DNA of 64,000 nucleotides from Rhodothermales bacterium (GTDB lineage Bacteria > Bacteroidota > Rhodothermia > Rhodothermales > Bin80), in assembly GCA_965216255.1 (NCBI GenBank), contig OZ244148.1:3079015-3143014 (forward strand). The letters are read 5' to 3'. Within the stretch, counting starts at the first letter, position 1; every line of letters starts with the position of its first letter. Made by a program: the position numbers and the translations under genes. This document shows positions 58,112-64,000 of the stretch, in pieces. The notes under the pieces are model-generated. The model was not told where the DNA came from. It worked only from the letters and a program-made list of their open reading frames with translations, and ran no database searches.

Positions 58112-58540
58112 CTACCCTCCTTGCCCAATACCCACGCGGCCCATGGCCACGCGCGCGCGGTTGCGTGCGCGCTCCAATGCTTTTTCGGCCCGCGCCCGAT
58201 CAAGCTCTCCGCCTGTCTCGGCTAGGCGCTGGCGCGCGCGCTCTTCTGCAGCCCGGGCCCTGTCGATATCAATCTCTGTTGCCGGCTCTATGGTTTCCGC
58301 CAGAACCGTCACCACGTTGCCAATAACTTCGATGAAGCCGCCACTAGTTGCGAACGTAACCCGCTCCCGAGTTGGCTGCGTTAGGACAAGCGGCCCAATT
58401 TCCATGGCGGCGATCATGGGCGCGTGGTTCAGGAGGATTTCGAAAGATCCCTGCGCTCCGGGAGCCCGGAGACGCGCCGCCTCTCCATTAAACACGCGCC
58501 GGTCGGGAGCGACGATATCTACTTTTAGGGCACTGGCCAT
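58112..58540 (-). CDS. atpC: F1 ATP synthase epsilon subunit
   Basis: The N-terminus is LKVDIVAPDRRVFNGEA. It lies 13 nt downstream of atpD. The start is placed at MASALKV. Confidence 0.9.
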   Translation of the reverse strand: MASALKVDIVAPDRRVFNGEAARLRAPGAQGSFEILLNHAPMIAAMEIGPLVLTQPTRERVTFATSGGFIEVIGNVVTVLAETIEPATEIDIDRARAAEERARQRLAETGGELDRARAEKALERARNRARVAMGRVGIGQGG

Positions 58541-58553
58541 AGAGTTGGATTTC

Positions 58554-60068
<1,515 letters not shown>

Positions 60069-60297
60069 TCATCCACAAAAGAATGCTCAAGATAGGACTT
60101 GCCACGGGTTCGGACACCGCCGTTGATCCGTTTGCGGGATGGGACGTCGCTAAGAATTCGGGAATTCCGGCCGAACCCTGCAACAGTTTGCACGGTAGTA
60201 CGCGAAGCTGTTCCTTGTACGACATGGAGCCGCTTTTTGGGCAAGGGCCGTGCGCTCCGGTCCTGTTCGTCCGCCACATCACAGACATGTGCCAACC

Positions 60298-62823
60298 ATG
60301 CATACATTCAAATGTACTGTTGTGGCAGCGACAGTTCTTTTCGCTGCTGCTGCCGTAAAAGGCCAAGAGCTGCCTTCCATAGGCGAAAAGACCGTGGGTT
60401 TTGCGCGAATGGAAGGTTTTATGGGCCTGTATTGGGATGATGGAGATGGCAGCGTGTACTTAGAGATCCCGCGCTTCGAAGAGGAATTCATCTATGTCTC
60501 GTCCCTGCCGGCCGGGCTTGGCTCCAATGATATTGGACTGGACCGCGGCCAACTCGGAACGACGCGGCTGGTCCGATTCGAAAGGGTGGGAAAAAAGGTG
60601 CTGTTAGTCAGGCGCAACCTGCAATTCCGCGCCGAAAGTTCGCGCGAGGCGGAGCGGCTTGCGGTCCGTGATGCGTTCGCGGAAGCAATCATATGGGGTT
60701 TTGAAATCGTGGCTGAAGAGCAGGAGCGCGTGCTCGTAGATGCTACGGATTTCATCGTTCAGGACGTGCATGGCATAGCACGCAGTCTCAGGGCCATGCA
60801 GCAGGGAAGCTATAGTCTGGACCGGGCACGCAGCGCACCCATGCCCGAGGTGCTCAAGTCTTTTCCGCGTAATACGGAAATGGAAGCCCGTGTCACATTC
60901 GTGGGCGACAATCCCGGGAACTACGTTCGTGAGGTGGCGGCCGACCCCTATGCGCTTACGCTGCGCGTTCGCCATTCCTTCATCATGTTACCCGACTCGG
61001 GGTATTCGCCTCGGGCTTTTCATCCCGGCTCCGGGTATGGGAGCATCCGCTTTCGGGACTATGCGACGCCCATCGGAGAGGACATGGTCCGGCAATACGT
61101 CAGGCGGCATCGACTTGTCAAGCAGGATCCGGCGCTGGACGTGAGCGATGCCGTAGAGCCCATAACGTATTACCTCGATCGGGGCACGCCGGAACCGGTC
61201 CGGGGTGCGCTGTTGGATGGTGCGCGTTGGTGGGCGGACGCTTTTTTGGCTGCGGGTTTCTCCAATGCTTTTCGCGTCGAGATGCTGCCAGAGGGGGCTG
61301 ACCCTATGGACGTCCGGTATAATACAATCCAATGGGTGCACCGGGCTACACGCGGATGGAGCTACGGCTCCAGTGTTGCCGATCCCCGCACCGGGGAAAT
61401 CATCAAGGGCCACGTCACATTGGGCTCTCTGCGGGTTCGGCAGGACTACCTGATTGCCGAAGGACTGCTGGCTCCGTATCGGGACTCGCTGGCCGCAGGT
61501 ATTGACCCCGCTGAGGATCCGATGCTGAAGATGGCGCTGGCGCGTATCCGGCAGCTTTCCGCCCATGAAGTTGGCCACACGTTGGGTCTTTCGCACAATT
61601 TTGCCGCTTCCGTAAACGGGCGTGCCTCCGTCATGGATTACCCGGCACCGTATGCGATCGTGGATTCCGACGGCGCGATTTCATTGGAAGAGGCCTATGC
61701 TCCGGGCCTTGGAGCGTGGGACAGCGTTGCCATCGCCTTCGGTTATGCGCAGCCGGCGTTGGATGTCTCGGAGGCAGACATGTTGGCCGCTATTTTGGGG
61801 GACGCACGAGATCGAGGCTTGCAGTATATCACGGACGCAGACGCGCGTCCAGCCGGAGCGGCTCATCCGCTTGCGAACCTGTGGGATAACGGTGCCGATA
61901 TGATGCGCGCACTGGAACACGAAATGCAGGTCCGGCGCGCGGCGCTGTCGCGCTTTGGCGTCGCCACCGTGCGTGAGGGCAGGCCCCTTGCGCTACTGGA
62001 AGAGGTTCTTGTGCCGCTTTACCTGTGGCATCGCTACCAAATCCAGGGCACGGTGAAGCTGCTCGGCGGCGTCACCTATGCCTACGCGCTGCGGAGCAGT
62101 GGTGAGCCGCTGCCTGAGGCCGTCAGTGGTGTGACGCAGCGTACGGCCCTGGAAATGCTCATGAGCGCTATCCAGCCCGAAGAGCTACGCATCCCGGAAA
62201 ACGTCCGAACGCGGCTGCCTCCCCGCCCGCCGGGCTTCGGGGCGCACCGAGAGCTTTTTCCGGGTCATACTGGCCTCGTGTTCGATCCGTATGCGCCAGC
62301 GGCTACCATGGCCGGGCTCGTCCTTTCTGGTGTCGTGCAGCCCGAACGGGCTGCACGCTTGGCGTATCAGCACGATTTTGATTCCGACCTACCGGATTTA
62401 AAGGAGGTTCTGGAAGTCGTCAGCAGTGCGACATGGGGAAGGGATGTACCGCTCGATGCGTACGATGCGGAATTGCAGCGCGTGGTGCAACAAGTCTGGA
62501 TTGACGAACTCATCGGACTCGGTGCCAACGAGCGTGCGGCTCCCTCAGCACGGGCTATGGCAACGCAGAAGCTGCATGAGATACGTGGGTGGCTAGGCGA
62601 GGACCCGGGGCGCCCGAGGGACATGCGCACCTTGGCACACCGTGGCTTCGTGATGGATCAGCTTGACCGCTACCTGTCGCGGGATTACCGACCGGACGAC
62701 AGCCAGATGCCGCTTGTCACACCTCCAGGATCACCTATCGGAATGCTCGCAAGGAAGCGCACAAGAGTTGCATTTCTGGCGCAGATGCCGCAGGACAGGT
62801 GCGGAGAAGGGTCCCAATGGTAG
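60298..62823 (+). CDS. Secreted zinc metalloprotease of the DUF4953/DUF5117 type
   Basis: The signal peptide starts at MHTFKCTVVAATVLFAAAAV. HEVGHTLGLSHNF with a downstream SVMDY is present. The size is about 840 aa. Confidence 0.75.
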   Translation: MHTFKCTVVAATVLFAAAAVKGQELPSIGEKTVGFARMEGFMGLYWDDGDGSVYLEIPRFEEEFIYVSSLPAGLGSNDIGLDRGQLGTTRLVRFERVGKKVLLVRRNLQFRAESSREAERLAVRDAFAEAIIWGFEIVAEEQERVLVDATDFIVQDVHGIARSLRAMQQGSYSLDRARSAPMPEVLKSFPRNTEMEARVTFVGDNPGNYVREVAADPYALTLRVRHSFIMLPDSGYSPRAFHPGSGYGSIRFRDYATPIGEDMVRQYVRRHRLVKQDPALDVSDAVEPITYYLDRGTPEPVRGALLDGARWWADAFLAAGFSNAFRVEMLPEGADPMDVRYNTIQWVHRATRGWSYGSSVADPRTGEIIKGHVTLGSLRVRQDYLIAEGLLAPYRDSLAAGIDPAEDPMLKMALARIRQLSAHEVGHTLGLSHNFAASVNGRASVMDYPAPYAIVDSDGAISLEEAYAPGLGAWDSVAIAFGYAQPALDVSEADMLAAILGDARDRGLQYITDADARPAGAAHPLANLWDNGADMMRALEHEMQVRRAALSRFGVATVREGRPLALLEEVLVPLYLWHRYQIQGTVKLLGGVTYAYALRSSGEPLPEAVSGVTQRTALEMLMSAIQPEELRIPENVRTRLPPRPPGFGAHRELFPGHTGLVFDPYAPAATMAGLVLSGVVQPERAARLAYQHDFDSDLPDLKEVLEVVSSATWGRDVPLDAYDAELQRVVQQVWIDELIGLGANERAAPSARAMATQKLHEIRGWLGEDPGRPRDMRTLAHRGFVMDQLDRYLSRDYRPDDSQMPLVTPPGSPIGMLARKRTRVAFLAQMPQDRCGEGSQW

Positions 62824-63316
62824 TCGGCGTACGACCTCATGCGCCCGTGTGCACGCCGCCGCCACCGCCTTCCAAATGCATCCATTGTGTGTTGCGGCAT
62901 TCACAATAACAGCCGTGAACCATGCCTCCAATTGGGCTGGATTCATTCGTTACCTTGATCCGCCCATCCAGCCACTAAGGTCCAAGTCAAGCATTGCTCG
63001 CAGTTCCGGGCCTATTCAAGTGCTTGATTTGCTGAAATGGAACAGCCGACACAAGCTCAAGGGTGCCAGCTTTTGGCCGTCTTGTCCCCGCAGGGTGAAG
63101 GATTCTTGATCTGGCGTGTGCTGGTATGCGAAGCAAGGTGGTAGAATGCGCCAGGCGATTACCGCGGACAATGCGAAAACAAAGCCCCGGATTGAGGGCT
63201 GCCCATCCCAGCTGGCTGGCCCGTAGCCAGACTGCCTGGTAGGTGGCATGGGCTTAGAGCGTGCGGCCAGTTCCGGCGCAGTGTGGGTTGACAGGCTCGA
63301 AGAAGGCCCCACGTCA

Positions 63317-64000
63317 CTACCCTGGCAGGCAGATCTTGCCCAGAATCGCAGGTCTCTTGGCGCCCGTTACCGCCGGCATGCTGGTAGCGACGCCGTTCAT
63401 GGTCTCATGGGCGAGCACGGCCATGCACAAGGCCTCCTTAGCCCTCGCGCTGATTCCGTAGTCGTCCGTAGATTTTACGGGAACGGGCTGGAAGAGCCGA
63501 GTAAGTCTTTCAATGAGGAACCGGTTAAAGCTACCGCCGCCGGATATGATGAGCACGTCCAGCGGATCCCGGGCAAACCGGCCGCAGGCCTGGAAGATGG
63601 AGACAGCCGTGAGCTCCGTTGCCGTGGCCAAAATGTCTTCCGGCGGAAGACTGTGCCCCCATTCCAGGAACCGCCGAACATAATCGGCACCGAAGCGCTC
63701 TCGTCCTGTAGACTTGGGTGGGGGTTGTTCGAAGAACGGGTCCTGCATGGTTTTCTCCAATAGGGACACGTCGACGCAGCCGGAAGCGGCCGTCGCACCA
63801 CTTTCGTCATAGGGCAGGCCTAGAAGATGCCGTGCAAGCGCGTCGAGCACGATATTGGCAGGACCCGTATCAAAGGCGTGCACGCGCGAGCGATCTCGGC
63901 CAACTGGCAGGATCGTAAGGTTTGCAATCCCACCCAGATTGAGCAGTCCCCTGGTCTCGTTGTCGTCGGCGAAGAACGTGTAGTCGAAATACGGTACGAG
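63317..64000 (-). CDS. anmK: Anhydro-N-acetylmuramic acid kinase, 5' end beyond the window
   Basis: FDTGPAN, KSTGRE.F, ISGGG..N and the C-terminal ITGA..P..LG are present. The frame stays open to 64000. Confidence 0.8.
   Translation of the reverse strand, partial: LVPYFDYTFFADDNETRGLLNLGGIANLTILPVGRDRSRVHAFDTGPANIVLDALARHLLGLPYDESGATAASGCVDVSLLEKTMQDPFFEQPPPKSTGRERFGADYVRRFLEWGHSLPPEDILATATELTAVSIFQACGRFARDPLDVLIISGGGSFNRFLIERLTRLFQPVPVKSTDDYGISARAKEALCMAVLAHETMNGVATSMPAVTGAKRPAILGKICLPG

Noticed and set aside
63016-63312. A 98-aa minus-strand ORF between the metalloprotease gene and anmK.
   Set aside because: It overlaps a plus-strand ORF of similar size. It has no motif, no clear start context, and a composition typical of a spurious high-GC ORF.

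Overview
This is a 64-kb high-GC bacterial chromosomal window. Gene content points to a Bacteroidota/Rhodothermota-type organism, which is an inference. The supporting evidence is two secreted proteins ending in T9SS-type C-terminal sorting domains, a DUF3078-like outer-membrane protein, and F-type ATPase genes split into atpZ-I-B-E-F-H-A-G and a distant atpD-C pair. Two stretches (about 0-11.1 kb and 22.3-35.5 kb) are accessory and IS-rich. They contain: (1) a decayed IS21-family element carrying a nested IS256-family element with perfect insertion scars; (2) a visibly AT-richer island of secreted or lipoprotein genes of unknown function; (3) an apparently intact 2.66-kb Tn5-like IS whose 767-aa transposase carries an N-terminal DUF4338 (DruA-type) domain; (4) a mosaic of IS remnants plus an intact IS30-family element that directly abuts a 563-bp duplicate of the propeptide region of a nearby M36-like protease gene; (5) a cluster of large secreted proteins (beta-propeller, M36-like protease, 1294-aa cadherin-like repeat protein). 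Core genes are a lysC-lysA fusion, a UDG-like / WYL regulator / rarA unit, an FcbT-type TRAP transporter, an SDR, a class-III aminotransferase, an FGGY kinase, two tandem tRNA-Ser genes, ATP synthase, DUF721 + M23 peptidase + bactofilin, gluQ, TolC, MlaC, an M14 carboxypeptidase, recJ, an MFS transporter, a DUF4953-type metalloprotease and a partial anmK. I saw no CRISPR array, no rRNA and no recognisable complete defence system. The most unusual items are listed in the findings, and none can be shown to be novel from the sequence alone. All family assignments come from motif recognition by eye, not from database searches.
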